A DNA stretch of 62,857 nucleotides from Clostridia bacterium (GCA_017444735.1 JAFSWB010000075.1:1-62857), one strand, 5' to 3'; shown: positions 1 to 13,413, counted from the stretch's first letter. Translations and numbers: made by a program. Notes: generated by a model not told the origin, from the letters alone.

Positions 1-141
1 AAAAACGGCGATAGAAAAAGCACATAAAATGGAAAAATCCGTAGGATTTTCACCTCAAAAAGATGAAAACTACGGATTTCTGTTTGCTTTATTCGATTTT
101 TAACCCGTGCTTTTTCGATCTGCGCTAAGTGCGACAGCCCC
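1..141 (+). repeat. 141-bp palindromic intergenic repeat, copy A (inverted partner at 37359..37499)
   Basis: The reverse complement of 1..141 equals 37359..37499 with one mismatch (pos 21). Nested internal stems at 10-23/107-120, 35-44/70-79 and 47-52/64-69. The window edge truncates it, so the true length is unknown. Confidence 0.9.
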
Positions 142-356
142 GTATATTCCGGTTTTGCGGCTTCGTGCGCCTTCTTTTCGGGGATCAAAAAAGCGGAGGG
201 AGAGAGGACGGCGGGATTTTCATCTCTTTTTCTCATCGCTCTCACTCCTTCCGGTTTTATTTCCCGGTGAAAGATTTTATCATAAACGAACGGACGCTGT
301 CAAGAGGTTTTTTCGGGCTCGCCTATATTAATAATAATTATTAATATATAATATTC

Positions 357-386
357 TTGACAAATGCCCGCCCCGTGTGTTATAAT
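357..386 (+). promoter_or_regulatory. sigma-A type promoter upstream of dnaA
   Basis: TTGACA at 357-362, 18-nt spacer, TGtTATAAT with the -10 at 381-386. Preceded by a 35-nt almost pure A/T tract at 322-356. Confidence 0.6.
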
Positions 387-507
387 TTTCTCAAATAATG
401 GGGTAATTTATTTATATTGTAAATAAATCACGGCGCGCGGCTCCCGTCTTTTGATTCCGGCTGTCTCCTTCGTCTCGGCCGCGCGTTCTCGGGAAGGAAC
501 GTAAATA

Positions 508-1899
508 ATGGAAAAAAGAGAAGATATCGCCTCCATATGGCAGATGATGTTCGAGTCGATGAAAGAGGAAAAGGAGCTTCCCTCGACCGCGCTCGACCTT
601 TGGTTCGGAAAGTGCTCTCTTGAATCGCTCTCCGCCGACAGCGTCGTTTTTTCGTGCGACTCCGATATGAAAAAATCGGTTATCGAAACGAGATATCTCG
701 ACTATCTGCTCCGCTATCTTGAAAACACGATCGGATTTCTGCCCAAAAGCGTCGACGTTATCGTTGCGGACGACGGCTCCCGCAGGACGCCGGGCCATAA
801 GGCGGCGGTCCCGGAGGCGACGTACGACGAGGGAGAAGAGGAAGACGTCAAGCCGTCCTATTCCGAAAGAAGACTTTCCTTCAATTCGGATTTCACCTTT
901 GAGAATTTCGTCGTCGGCAGATCGAACGCGATGGCGCACGCAAACGCCGTTTCCGTCGCCGAAAATCCCGGAACTCTGATAAATCCCCTTTTCATCTACG
1001 GTCACAGCGGCCTCGGCAAAACTCACCTGATGTACGCGATCGCGAACAGAGTGCTCGAACGCGACAGCACGATGAACGTCATCTACGTCAAGGGCGAGGA
1101 CTTCATGAATCAGTTCATTTTCTCGATAAAGTCGAACAGGACCGCCGAATTCAGAGAAAAATTCCGCGGCGCCGATATGCTTCTTATCGACGATATCCAG
1201 TATATAGCGAGCGGAGCCGGAGAATCGACGCAGAACGAATTTTTCCACACCTTCGAGGCCCTTTACGAGGATCACAAGCAGATCATCATCACGTCCGACC
1301 GTCCTCCTCAGGAGCTCACTATCCTTGAAGAGAGAATAAGGAACAGATTCGAGTCGGGTCTTCTCGCCGACATTCAGCCCCCGGACCTCGAGCTTCGCCT
1401 CGCGATCCTTCAGAACAAGGCGGAGCATCACAACCTCTCCCTCTCTCCCGAAGTCCTCAGCTTTCTTGCTGAGAAGCTCCAGTCGAACGTCCGTCAGATC
1501 GAGGGAGTTATAAAGAAGCTCGCCGCCAAGAACCTGCTGACCGGTCTTCCCGTCACTCTCGATCTTGTCAAATCGACCGTTCCCGAATATATAAGGGACA
1601 CCTTCTCGATAAACGATTACGTCGATACGATCATCTCCTGCGTCGCCCGCAGAACTCACGTCGACCCCGAGGATATTCTCGGAAGAAAGAGAAACAAGGA
1701 GATCAAAAACGCGCGCAACGTCTGTATGTATATCATAAGATCCCTGACTCAGCTCTCACTTCCGAAGATAGGATCGTATTTCGAGAGAGATTACAGCACG
1801 GTCCATTCGAATCTCACCGCCGTCGAAAAACAGATGGCTCTCGACCCCCTGTTGGAAAGTGAGATAAACGATATCATCAACGATATCAAGAGAAGCTGA
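508..1899 (+). CDS. dnaA: chromosomal replication initiator protein DnaA
   Basis: 463-aa ORF. AAA+ Walker A GHSGLGKTHL, C-terminal DNA-binding helix region (RDYSTVHSN). Position upstream of dnaN. Confidence 0.97.
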   Translation: MEKREDIASIWQMMFESMKEEKELPSTALDLWFGKCSLESLSADSVVFSCDSDMKKSVIETRYLDYLLRYLENTIGFLPKSVDVIVADDGSRRTPGHKAAVPEATYDEGEEEDVKPSYSERRLSFNSDFTFENFVVGRSNAMAHANAVSVAENPGTLINPLFIYGHSGLGKTHLMYAIANRVLERDSTMNVIYVKGEDFMNQFIFSIKSNRTAEFREKFRGADMLLIDDIQYIASGAGESTQNEFFHTFEALYEDHKQIIITSDRPPQELTILEERIRNRFESGLLADIQPPDLELRLAILQNKAEHHNLSLSPEVLSFLAEKLQSNVRQIEGVIKKLAAKNLLTGLPVTLDLVKSTVPEYIRDTFSINDYVDTIISCVARRTHVDPEDILGRKRNKEIKNARNVCMYIIRSLTQLSLPKIGSYFERDYSTVHSNLTAVEKQMALDPLLESEINDIINDIKRS

Positions 1900-2268
1900 A
1901 GTTTCAAAATCCCAATAAACAGGGATTTCCCCGGCCTTTTCAAATAAGAAAAGAATTTTCAACAAAAAACCGTTGAAAAGCGCGACGGAAACGGGCTTGA
2001 AATCAGATGAAAACCTGCTCGAAAAAAGCGGTTTGAAATTTTTCCCTCACAAACTCCCGTTTTTTTCCCGAAAAGGACGATTTTCCATAATCCTTCAAAT
2101 GAAAACAGGATGATTTTTTCCTTAAAAAGGATCGCGAGGGTTGAAAAATATTTCCCGCCGCAGCGGTTATTTCCCGGGTTTTCAAATATTTCCAACGCCC
2201 CTATTACTTCTGCTTCTGAATATATATATTATACTTTTCTTTTATAAAAATCCGAAAGGAGAAAAATC
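1900..2268. promoter_or_regulatory. candidate oriC segment (dnaA-dnaN intergenic): dense TTGAAA/TTTCAA motif array plus AT-rich unwinding-like tract
   Basis: Eight exact TTGAAA or TTTCAA hexamers starting at 1902, 1938, 1957, 1973, 1997, 2033, 2141 and 2180. Two TGAAAAC (2008, 2100). One DnaA-box-like TTTTCCATA (2081-2089). AT-rich tract at 2219-2250 just before the dnaN RBS. Confidence 0.5.
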
Positions 2269-3482
2269 ATGAAAGTTTCCTTCGAAAAAGAAAAACTTCT
2301 TGCCGCGATAGGTCCCGCGGCTTCGATCTCACAGGTAAAAAATACTCTGACTTCCGTCGAGGGTCTTCTTTTCGAGTGTCCGGCCGACGAGAAATTCGGA
2401 AAGATAACGGACGACGAAAAGGGTCTTACGAGAATTTCCGCCTACGACCTTGAAAAAGGACTCAGAACGACCGTCGACTGCAAGGTTTACGAGGCCGGCA
2501 ACTGCGTTATCAACTCCTCCCGTATCCTCCAGATAGTGAGAGCTCTTCCGGACGGCGAGATAATGATCGAGACGGACGAGAAAAGCAGGGCGGTCATCAC
2601 CGGCGGAATGTCGAGCTTTGAGATCGCCGTGTCCCCTTCGGACGATTTTCCGGCGATGCCCATGTTCATAGGGGACAAGAGATTCCTCATCCCTCAATAT
2701 GCGGCGAGGACTCTCATAGGAAGAGTGATCTTCGCCGTCGCGCAGAACGATCAGAGAGCGTTTTTCAACGGCGCTCTTATGAAGGTCCGCGGGAATCTTA
2801 TAACAATGGTGGGATGCGACGGAAACAGACTGTCTCTCGCCTCGTATAAGCTCGACGAGGAGATCGGCGACACCGACGTCATCATCCCCGGGAAGTTTCT
2901 CGGAGAGCTCTCCCGTATCCTTCACGACAGCGAGGAGGAGACGGAGATCATTATAGGAAGAAAGCATATCATCTTCAAGATCGGCTCGATATACTTTTTC
3001 ACCCGTCTTATCGAGAGCAATTATCTCGACTACGAGAGGATATTCCCGAAGTCGTATTCGACCGAGGCGTACGTTTCTCCCGTCGATCTGAGAGAAGCGC
3101 TCGAGAGGGCTTCGATCATTTCGGAGGATAAGCTCGGCGGAAACAACAGAAGTATAGTAAAGCTCGATTTTTCGGACAAGGAGATCTCCATTTCCTGCGT
3201 CTCTTCAATGGGGTCGATTCACGAGAACGTGACGGCCGCCATAGGAGGAAACGATCTCATCATCGGATTTACCGGAAGATTTCTCCTTGACGCTCTCAAA
3301 GCGGTCCCCGACGACGCCGACAGGATAAGGCTGAGACTGAATTCGCCCGAGTCCGGAGTCTGCATAGAGGCGGGCGACGGAAGCCGGTTCGTCAGCTTCG
3401 AGGGAGACGAAAAGAAGGCGGACGGAGACGAAAAGTTTGATTTTCTCCACTTCGTCATGCCGAGAAGGATAAATCACAAGGA

Positions 3483-3486
<4 letters not shown>
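2269..3486 (+). CDS. dnaN: DNA polymerase III beta sliding clamp
   Basis: 405-aa ORF directly after dnaA, good RBS (AAAGGAG), three-domain clamp-like sequence. About 30 aa longer at the C-terminus than usual. Confidence 0.93.
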
Positions 3487-5922
<2,436 letters not shown>

Positions 5923-5960
5923 CGGGGATCGGACCAAAATAAGCGAAACGGCAGGTAGAT

Positions 5961-8510
5961 ATGGCACTTAAAAATCATGGAAGAGACGATTCGCCGATAG
6001 AATTTCCGGAACAGAAGATCGTACCGATAAATATGGAGAGGGAGGTAAAAAAATCCTTCCTTGAGTACTCCATGTCGGTAATCGTCTCGCGCGCGCTTCC
6101 GGACGCCCGCGACGGAATGAAGCCCGGACAGCGCCGTATTATGTACGCGATGTTCGAGGACGGTCTGACGCACGACAAACCGTTCCGCAAGTCGGCGACG
6201 ACGGTCGGAAACGTCCTCGGGCGGTATCATCCTCACGGCGACGCGGCGGTCTACGGAACGATGGTCAGGATGGCGCAGGATTTCTCGTACCGCTATCCTC
6301 TCGTTCAGGGCCACGGAAACTTCGGCTCGATCGACGGCGACGGCGCGGCGGCGTACAGGTACACCGAGGCGCGTATGTCGAAGATCTCCGAGGAGATGAT
6401 GGCGGACATCAACAAGGAAGTCGTCGACTGGGTCCCGAACTTCGACAACAGCAGGAAGGAGCCGTCCGTTCTGCCGACGAAGTTCCCGAATCTGCTCGTC
6501 AACGGGTCGGTCGGTATCGCCGTCGGTATGGCGACGAATATCCCGACGCACAACCTCACCGAGGTCATCGACGGGACCGTCTATCTGATGGACAATCCGG
6601 AGGCGGGCGCCCGCGAGCTGATGCAGTTCATAAAGGGTCCCGACTTCCCGACAAAGGCGACGATCTTCGGCACCGCGGGGATCTACGAGGCGTATTCGAC
6701 CGGCCGCGGCAAGGTCATCGTCCGCGCGAAGGCGGAGGTCGACGAGGAGAAGAGACAGATCGTCATCACCGAGATCCCGTATATGGTAAACAAGTCGGAG
6801 CTCGTCAAGGCGATGGCGCAGCAGGTCCGCGACAAGAAGATAGACGGCGTGACCGACATCCGCGACGAGTCCGGCAAAGCGGGGCTCCGTATCACCGTCG
6901 ATTACAGGCGCGACGCGAACGGTCAGGTCATCCTCAATCAGTTTTACAAATACACACAGCTTCAGGACACGTGCGCGATAAATATGCTCGCGCTCGTCGA
7001 CGGCGAGCCGAGGATCCTGTCGCTCCGTCAGATCCTTCAGAATTACATAAACTTCCGCGTCGACGTCACGAGGCGCAGAACGCAGTTCGAGCTTGACCGC
7101 GCGCTCCATGAGGCGCACATCAACGAGGGCTATAAGATAGCGACCGACAACATCGACGAGGTCATCACGATAATCAGGAACTCCCCCGACACGCCGACGG
7201 CGAAGATACGCCTTTCCGAGCGGTTCGCTCTCTCCGAGGAGCAGTCGCAGGCGATCGTCTCGATGACGCTCGGCAAGCTGTCCGGCCTTGAAAGGCAGAA
7301 GGTCGAGGAAAGACTTCGCGAGCTGTACGCGATCATCGACGAAAAGAGGGCGATCCTCGCCGATCCCGAGAAGATCAAGGCTCTGATAAAGGAAGAGCTG
7401 ATCGCCGTCCGCGACAAGTACGGCGACGGGAGACTGACCGAGATCGTCGAATACCACGACGAGATCATGCTCGAGGACCTCATCGAGCGTCACCGCTGCG
7501 TCATCACGCTGACGCACGGCGGATATATCAAGAGACAGAAAGCCGACGCTTACGCGGCGCAGTCGAGAGGCGGAAAGGGACGCCGCGGCATCGCGACGAA
7601 GGAGGAGGACTACGTCGAGCGCGTCGTCGCATGCGAGAGCCACGATTTCCTGCTTCTGTTCACGAATCTCGGCAGAGTCTACACGACGAAGCCGTACCGC
7701 ATCCCGGAGGCGAGCTACAACGCGAAGGGATCGCATATCGTGAACCTGCTCGACCTCAACGAGGGCGAATCGGTCACCGCGATGCTCGCGACGGACACGC
7801 TCACGCCCGAGGAAGAGAAGAACCTCATTATGATAACGCGCCGCGGAGTCATCAAGAAGACGCCGCTCAGAGAATACGCGATCAACCGCAAGGGCGGAAA
7901 GATCGCGATCAACCTCGACGAGGGAGACGAGCTCACGTTCGTCGCTCTGTCGGACGGCAGGCACGATATCATGGTCGCGGCGAACACGGGCCTTCTCGCA
8001 AGATTCTCCGAGAAGAGAGTCTCGACGGTCGGAAGGACGGCGAGAGGCGTCCGCGCGATGAAGCTCGAACCCGGCGACCGGATCATCGGAGCGGCGGTCG
8101 TGTCGTCCGATCCCGAATGGGTGGAGGGACACAAGCTCATCACGCTGACCGAAAAGGGATTCGGCAAGAGGATGTCGACCGCGCTGTTCGAGAACAAGGG
8201 CCGCGCGATCAAGGGTATGTGCGCTCACAAGATCTCGGCTAAGACCGGCGAGCTCGTCGGCATCGCCGTCGTCGAGGAGGGCGAGGATATCCTCATCATC
8301 ACGGACGACGGAACGGTCATCCGCACGTCGGCGGACGGTATCCCCGCGTACGGCAGAACGGCGTCCGGGGTCATCGTCATGAGGACGGGCGACTCGAAGA
8401 TCGTCAACTTCACCGTCACGGGGCAGAAGGAAGAAGAGGTCCCCGAACAGGGAGAAGAGACCGCCGGAGGCGAGGAGCCTCCCGCGGAGGAACCGGTTCC
8501 GGAGGAATAA
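5961..8510 (+). CDS. gyrA: DNA gyrase subunit A
   Basis: 849 aa. [16 protein letters not shown] active-site Tyr region, beta-pinwheel C-terminal repeats, acidic tail. Confidence 0.97.
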   Translation: MALKNHGRDDSPIEFPEQKIVPINMEREVKKSFLEYSMSVIVSRALPDARDGMKPGQRRIMYAMFEDGLTHDKPFRKSATTVGNVLGRYHPHGDAAVYGTMVRMAQDFSYRYPLVQGHGNFGSIDGDGAAAYRYTEARMSKISEEMMADINKEVVDWVPNFDNSRKEPSVLPTKFPNLLVNGSVGIAVGMATNIPTHNLTEVIDGTVYLMDNPEAGARELMQFIKGPDFPTKATIFGTAGIYEAYSTGRGKVIVRAKAEVDEEKRQIVITEIPYMVNKSELVKAMAQQVRDKKIDGVTDIRDESGKAGLRITVDYRRDANGQVILNQFYKYTQLQDTCAINMLALVDGEPRILSLRQILQNYINFRVDVTRRRTQFELDRALHEAHINEGYKIATDNIDEVITIIRNSPDTPTAKIRLSERFALSEEQSQAIVSMTLGKLSGLERQKVEERLRELYAIIDEKRAILADPEKIKALIKEELIAVRDKYGDGRLTEIVEYHDEIMLEDLIERHRCVITLTHGGYIKRQKADAYAAQSRGGKGRRGIATKEEDYVERVVACESHDFLLLFTNLGRVYTTKPYRIPEASYNAKGSHIVNLLDLNEGESVTAMLATDTLTPEEEKNLIMITRRGVIKKTPLREYAINRKGGKIAINLDEGDELTFVALSDGRHDIMVAANTGLLARFSEKRVSTVGRTARGVRAMKLEPGDRIIGAAVVSSDPEWVEGHKLITLTEKGFGKRMSTALFENKGRAIKGMCAHKISAKTGELVGIAVVEEGEDILIITDDGTVIRTSADGIPAYGRTASGVIVMRTGDSKIVNFTVTGQKEEEVPEQGEETAGGEEPPAEEPVPEE

Positions 8511-8517
8511 AAAACGA

Positions 8518-8544
8518 GGGGGCCGCGCAGACTGCGCGGACCCC
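8518..8544. terminator. GC-rich hairpin between the convergent gyrA and radical SAM genes
   Basis: GGGGCCGCGCAG / CTGCGCGGACCCC stem with one bulge. Confidence 0.5.
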
Positions 8545-8598
8545 GTTATTCATTTCATTCCCCGCTGCGGCGCGGGGCGGACCCTCCGAAGGAGCGCG

Positions 8599-9564
8599 TC
8601 ACGGCTCCCGCCGGGGATCCGTACCGCTGAAATCCTTTCCCTGCCATGAGCCCCGGCGGAAGAGTTCTCGGTCGACGTCGTTCATCACGGCGATCTTTCG
8701 CCGGCACCACGCGGGGGCGACAAGGACGTCCTCGGGCGCCTCGCCGGAGAGACGCGCGATCACGCACTCCGGCGGAAGCAGTTCGAGCTGATCGCAGACG
8801 ACGGCGACGTATTCGTCCTTTTCCATCGGGACGTATTCGCCCCTTTCAAAAAGAACGGCGAGCGGCGTGTCCCGCAGGACGTGCAGAAGGTGGATCTTCA
8901 TCATGTCGGGGGACAGCGCGGCGGCGTCGGCCGCCGTTTTTATCATCGTTTCGCGGGTTTCCCCGGGAAGACCGTTTATTATATGAAAACCGACCGAGAT
9001 CCGACCGCCCGCGGCTCGCAGACGGCGGTATCCGTCGACGAATTCGGCGAAGGTGTGACCGCGGTTTATCCGCTCCGCCGTGCCGTCGTCCGTCGACTGA
9101 AGGCCGAGCTCGACCGTCACGGGGAGTTTTTTTGAAATACGGACCAGCTCCGCGACCGCGTCCTCGCAGAGACAGTCCGCGCGCGTGGCGACGGCGAGCA
9201 TGACCGCGCCGGGCAGCGCCGCCGCTTCCTCATAAACGCGCCGGAGCGCGTCGGGCGGCGCGTACGTGTTCGTATTCGCCTGAAGATACGGGATAAAGCC
9301 GGAGATCCGCCACTTGCGCTGAGCGACGCGGCGCGCCTCCCCGTACTGCTCCGCGAGGGTCCCCGACGCCGAGGACGAGCCGTTGAGACAGAAGATACAG
9401 CCCCCCGTCCCGCGCGAGCCGTCCTTGTTCGGGCACGAAAAGCCCGCGTCGAGCGGGATGCGCGCGCATTTGCCGCCGAACGTTTTTCTCGTATAATAGT
9501 CAAAGGTCTGATATCTTTTGTTCGTATCCGAAAACGGGTACGGATTGACGTCCTTCTGCGACAC
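8599..9564 (-). CDS. TIGR01212-family radical SAM protein
   Basis: CPNKDGSRGTGGCIFC motif region. The ORF-track start at 9759 is trimmed to the GTG at 9564, which follows GGAGGAAAAG. The upstream 65 codons are low-complexity. Confidence 0.85.
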   Translation of the reverse strand: MSQKDVNPYPFSDTNKRYQTFDYYTRKTFGGKCARIPLDAGFSCPNKDGSRGTGGCIFCLNGSSSASGTLAEQYGEARRVAQRKWRISGFIPYLQANTNTYAPPDALRRVYEEAAALPGAVMLAVATRADCLCEDAVAELVRISKKLPVTVELGLQSTDDGTAERINRGHTFAEFVDGYRRLRAAGGRISVGFHIINGLPGETRETMIKTAADAAALSPDMMKIHLLHVLRDTPLAVLFERGEYVPMEKDEYVAVVCDQLELLPPECVIARLSGEAPEDVLVAPAWCRRKIAVMNDVDRELFRRGSWQGKDFSGTDPRREP

Positions 9565-9764
9565 GGCTTTTCCTCCCCCGCGGCGTTTTACGCTGTAATC
9601 ATAACAAAAAAGGAGGAAAAGGTCAAGAGGGGCGGGACGGCGCGAAATTTTGCGGCGATTTTCAATTTTCTCTTGAATTTTCCGGTGCGATAATATAAAA
9701 TAACAGTATATTTTTTGAATATTCCCGTCCGGGGCCGCCCGGGCGATGAAAGGTCGCACTCAAA

Positions 9765-11060
9765 ATGATCGTAAAACCGTTTGGCGAAATGAAGAAGGAA
9801 GAGCTCGAGGAAGTGCTCGCCGATCAGCGGGCGAAGCTCGACGCGTGGGGCGAACAGAACCTGACGCTCAACCTGACGCGCGGCAAGCCGTCGCAGGCGC
9901 AGCTCGACCTCTCGTCCGATATGCTCGGCGTTATAAGCGACAGGGGAGACTGCTTCTCCGAGTCCGGTCTCGACTGCCGCAACTACGGCATCCTCGACGG
10001 TCTGCCGGAGGCGAAGCGCCTCTTCTCCGAACTGCTCGGCATCCCCGAGGATATGATTATGATCCTCGGAAACTCCTCGCTCAACGCGATGTATGACGCG
10101 ATCGTCCGCTGTATGCTTTTCGGAGTCGCCGGCGGGCGCGAGCCGTGGTTCAGACAGGGCCGCATCAAATTCCTCTGTCCGACGCCCGGATACGACAGAC
10201 ATTTCACGATCTGCAAGACGCTCGATATCGAGATGATCCCGATAAAGATGACGCCCGAGGGCCCCGATATGGACGCGGTCTACGACCACGCCTGCTCCGA
10301 CCCGTCCGTCAAGGGCATCTGGTGCGTGCCGAAGTTCTCGAATCCCGAGGGGATCACGTATTCCGACCGCGTCGTCGAGCAGTTCGCCGCGCTGAAGCCG
10401 GCGGCGCCCGACTTCCGCATCTTCTGGGACAACGCGTACTCCGTCCACGAGCTGTACGACGAGGAAGTCCGGCTCGCCGACATTTTTGAGCTTGCGAAGA
10501 AGTACGGCACGGAGGACAACATATTCTATTTCGCCTCGACGTCGAAGATCACGTTCCCCGGCTCGGGCCTCGCGATCATGGCGGCGAGCGAGCGGAACCT
10601 CGATCAGATCCGTCCGATCCTCGCGACGCAGACGATCGGCTACGACAAGATCAACCAGATGCGCCACGTCAAGTACTTCAAGACGGCGGACGGCATCAGG
10701 GAGCATATGAAGAGACTCGCGGAGATGCTCCGCCCGAAATTCGAGATGGTGGAGGACACGCTCGACCGTCATCTTACGGGATACGATATAGCGCGCTGGA
10801 CGAACCCGAAGGGCGGATATTTCATCTCGCTTTACGTTGAAAAAGGATGCGCGAGGAGAGTTTATCAGCTCGCCCGCGGCGTCGGCGTCACCCTGACGCC
10901 CGCCGGAGCGACGTACCCCTACGGCCGCGACCCCGACGACAGCAACATCCGCATCGCGCCGACGTTCCCCGAGGTCGCCGAGCTCAAGACGATCTCAAAG
11001 ATACTCTGCAACTGCATCAAGATCGCCGCCGCGGAGAAATACCTCAAAAAATTCAACTGA
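9765..11060 (+). CDS. PLP-dependent aminotransferase (class I/II fold)
   Basis: 431-aa ORF. Overall resemblance to aspartate/aromatic aminotransferase-like proteins (NLTRGKPS, FASTSKITFPGSG with the putative PLP Lys). Confidence 0.75.
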   Translation: MIVKPFGEMKKEELEEVLADQRAKLDAWGEQNLTLNLTRGKPSQAQLDLSSDMLGVISDRGDCFSESGLDCRNYGILDGLPEAKRLFSELLGIPEDMIMILGNSSLNAMYDAIVRCMLFGVAGGREPWFRQGRIKFLCPTPGYDRHFTICKTLDIEMIPIKMTPEGPDMDAVYDHACSDPSVKGIWCVPKFSNPEGITYSDRVVEQFAALKPAAPDFRIFWDNAYSVHELYDEEVRLADIFELAKKYGTEDNIFYFASTSKITFPGSGLAIMAASERNLDQIRPILATQTIGYDKINQMRHVKYFKTADGIREHMKRLAEMLRPKFEMVEDTLDRHLTGYDIARWTNPKGGYFISLYVEKGCARRVYQLARGVGVTLTPAGATYPYGRDPDDSNIRIAPTFPEVAELKTISKILCNCIKIAAAEKYLKKFN

Positions 11061-11077
11061 AACGTATAAAAAATCGC

Positions 11078-11125
11078 CCCGCCGACTGTCCTTCGGAACA
11101 GACGGCGGAGAGATTTTTTTGTTTT
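11078..11125 (+). terminator. rho-independent terminator after the aminotransferase
   Basis: Imperfect 13-bp stem with a TTCG loop, followed by ATTTTTTTGTTTTG. Confidence 0.7.
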
Positions 11126-11154
11126 GTGAGATCCGACACGGGAAGACCTTCTCG

Positions 11155-11730
11155 TCAGACAGCGTCGTTCGGCTTCGCGCATCCGGGGAGATCGACCTCG
11201 CCGAGGTGCTTCAGCTTGAAGCCGTTCGCCTTGAATTCCTCGTAGTTGAACGCCTCGAGCTCGTCGTAGGCGAGCTTGTGGAATTCGTAGAAGTTCGGCC
11301 ACCACTCGTAGCCCTGACCCATCGACAGACCGAGATACGTCTCCGCGATCTCGATGCCCATGTTGTGGCCTATCCAGTGGCCGCCCATCGCGAGCACGTT
11401 CACGTTGTTGCCCGTGATCGCGCGCTTCGCCGACATGACGGACTCGACGACCGCCGCGTGGACGTGGGGGCACTTGCTCGCCGCGATGTGGATGCCCATT
11501 CCGGTCCCGCAGAAGATGAGCGCGCGCTCAAATTCGCGCTCGGCGATCTTCGCGCCGACCATGAGGCCGATGCGGTGGAACATTTCGGGGTGCGGATCGT
11601 CGGCGGAACGGACGCCGATGTCGGTGATCTTCCATCCCTTGCCCTCGAGATGCTTCACGATCGCCTCCTTGAGTTCAAAACCGGCGATATCGGCGGCTAC
11701 GAGCAATTCCTTGTCTTTGATCGTTTTCAT
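11155..11730 (-). CDS. RpiB/LacA/LacB-family sugar-phosphate isomerase with C-terminal extension
   Basis: 191 aa. CGTGMGIHIAASK motif. About 45 extra C-terminal residues relative to a typical 145-150 aa RpiB. Confidence 0.85.
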   Translation of the reverse strand: MKTIKDKELLVAADIAGFELKEAIVKHLEGKGWKITDIGVRSADDPHPEMFHRIGLMVGAKIAEREFERALIFCGTGMGIHIAASKCPHVHAAVVESVMSAKRAITGNNVNVLAMGGHWIGHNMGIEIAETYLGLSMGQGYEWWPNFYEFHKLAYDELEAFNYEEFKANGFKLKHLGEVDLPGCAKPNDAV

Positions 11731-11950
11731 AACGGTCTCCTTTTTTGATAAGTATTAAAAATTGCCTTTTCCCGCCGCCGTATCGTCCCGCGGCACTTGA
11801 CAGGAAAAGAGCGGATATGATAAAATGGGGTCGGTCCGGGCCCGACCCGGATCGGATAGTCCCCATTTATATTTTACAACAAAAAATCGCGGTGTAAAGC
11901 GTTTTCGGGAAAATTTTTATCTTTTCCGAAAAAACCCGGAAGGAGTTCTC

Positions 11951-13348
11951 ATGAGAGAGAGAAAATCAGATTCATACGTGATCGAGCCGGAGCGAAAGAT
12001 CCCCGTTATCCACGAGGCGGACGTCTGCGTCGTCGGCGGATCGGCGACGGGCGTTTTCGCCGCGGTGCGCGCGGCGCGTCTCGGCGCGAAGGTCGTCATC
12101 GTCGAGTGTCAGAACAGCTTCGGCGGCGTGGCGACGAACGGCCTCGTCAGCCTGTGGCACAGCTTTTACGACGTCGAGGGCAAAAAGCAGATCATCGCCG
12201 GTCTTTCCGAGGAAGTCCTGTCGCGGCTTTCGGAGATCGACTACCGCACCGGTCCCGGCAGCTCGCATTTCTTCAATCCCAACGAGCTCAAGATCGAGCT
12301 TGACGCCGTTCTGAAGGAGGCGGGCGTCAAGATCTATCTTCACACCTTCTATACCGGCCTCACCCTCGACGGCGACCGGATCACGTCGATCTTCGTCGAA
12401 AACAAGGACGGCAGAGGGGCGATCAAGGCGAAATTCTTCATCGACGCCACGGGCGACGGCGACCTCTGCCGCGACCTCGGCATCGAGTCGTACGTCAACG
12501 ACAACATCCAGCCCCCGTCCGCCGTCTATATGATGCAGGGGACGAAGGACGACGAGCGCAAGAGAGAATTCGGGATCAAGTTCAACGAGGATATCGTTCC
12601 GCCGATGATCCAGCGTCACGGCAAGGAATTCGGGCTCGAGCCCGACTGGGGCTGGGACACCTACATCCCCGGCATCCACAATATCCACTTCCGCGCCGAC
12701 ACTCACGTTTTCGGCTTCAATCTCGCTCACGCGGACGACTTGACCGAGGCGGAGATCATCGGACGCGAGAAGATGAGAAAAGTCATCCGTATGATGAGAA
12801 AATACGGCAACCCCGACGAGACGTACGCGCTCGTCAACATCTGCTCGTATATCGGCATCCGCGACACGTATCACTATAAAACGAAATACCGCGCCGACCA
12901 TATGGAGCTTCTTCTCGGCAAGCGTTACGACGACGTCATCCTCAACGGAACGTACGACGTCGACGTCCATCAGGCGGATTCCGGGATCCAGTTCATGAGA
13001 CTGAACGGCGAATGCACCACCGAGTACACCGACGGGACCCGCGTCGTCACCAACTGGCGCAAGGACATGGGCCTGCCCACCGAGGGACCGATGCCGACCT
13101 ACTATTCGCTGCCGTTCCGCGTTCTCGTTCAGGAGAAGATCGAAAACGTCATCGCCGCCGGCAGAATGATCAACGCCGACCAGGAGGCGTTCGGCGCGCT
13201 CCGCGTCATGATAAACCTCAACCAGATCGGAGAGGCGTCCGGCGTCGCCGCGTACCTCGCGATCGATCAGAACAAATCCGTACGGGAGCTCGACGGCGTC
13301 GAGGTCGCGAAGCTTTTGGCGCGCGGCGGCTCGGCGAACATCTGCTGA
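11951..13348 (+). CDS. FAD-dependent oxidoreductase
   Basis: VVGGSATGVFAAVRAARLGAKVVIVE dinucleotide-binding motif. Start trimmed to the ATG at 11951, behind GGAAGGAG. Confidence 0.8.
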   Translation: MRERKSDSYVIEPERKIPVIHEADVCVVGGSATGVFAAVRAARLGAKVVIVECQNSFGGVATNGLVSLWHSFYDVEGKKQIIAGLSEEVLSRLSEIDYRTGPGSSHFFNPNELKIELDAVLKEAGVKIYLHTFYTGLTLDGDRITSIFVENKDGRGAIKAKFFIDATGDGDLCRDLGIESYVNDNIQPPSAVYMMQGTKDDERKREFGIKFNEDIVPPMIQRHGKEFGLEPDWGWDTYIPGIHNIHFRADTHVFGFNLAHADDLTEAEIIGREKMRKVIRMMRKYGNPDETYALVNICSYIGIRDTYHYKTKYRADHMELLLGKRYDDVILNGTYDVDVHQADSGIQFMRLNGECTTEYTDGTRVVTNWRKDMGLPTEGPMPTYYSLPFRVLVQEKIENVIAAGRMINADQEAFGALRVMINLNQIGEASGVAAYLAIDQNKSVRELDGVEVAKLLARGGSANIC

Positions 13349-13367
13349 CGAATTATCAACATAATGA

Positions 13368-13399
13368 AAGCAAGACCCCAAAAAGGTCTTGCTTTCTTT
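13368..13399 (+). terminator. rho-independent terminator
   Basis: AAAGCAAGACC / GGTCTTGCTTT stem followed by a T-rich tail. Confidence 0.75.
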
Positions 13400-13413
13400 A
13401 ACAGGAGAAGAAA

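Noticed and set aside
1-236. Minus-strand open frame starting at the ATG at 236 behind GGAAGGAG and running off the left edge (MRKRDENPAVLSPSAF...).
   Set aside because: Most of it is the palindromic repeat, which also occurs at 37359..37499 without a start codon. Nested inverted repeats are unlikely in real coding sequence. It is not ribosomal protein L34. It cannot be fully excluded because the window truncates it.
107-344. Two overlapping plus-strand ORFs (74 and 71 aa) upstream of dnaA.
   Set aside because: They start with GTG inside the palindromic repeat, have no RBS, and are Arg-rich low-complexity sequence.
11760-11950. Possible riboswitch or leader upstream of the FAD oxidoreductase (GC-rich hairpins after a TTGACA...TAAAAT promoter).
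   Set aside because: I could not match it to any riboswitch consensus by eye. Only generic hairpins are visible.
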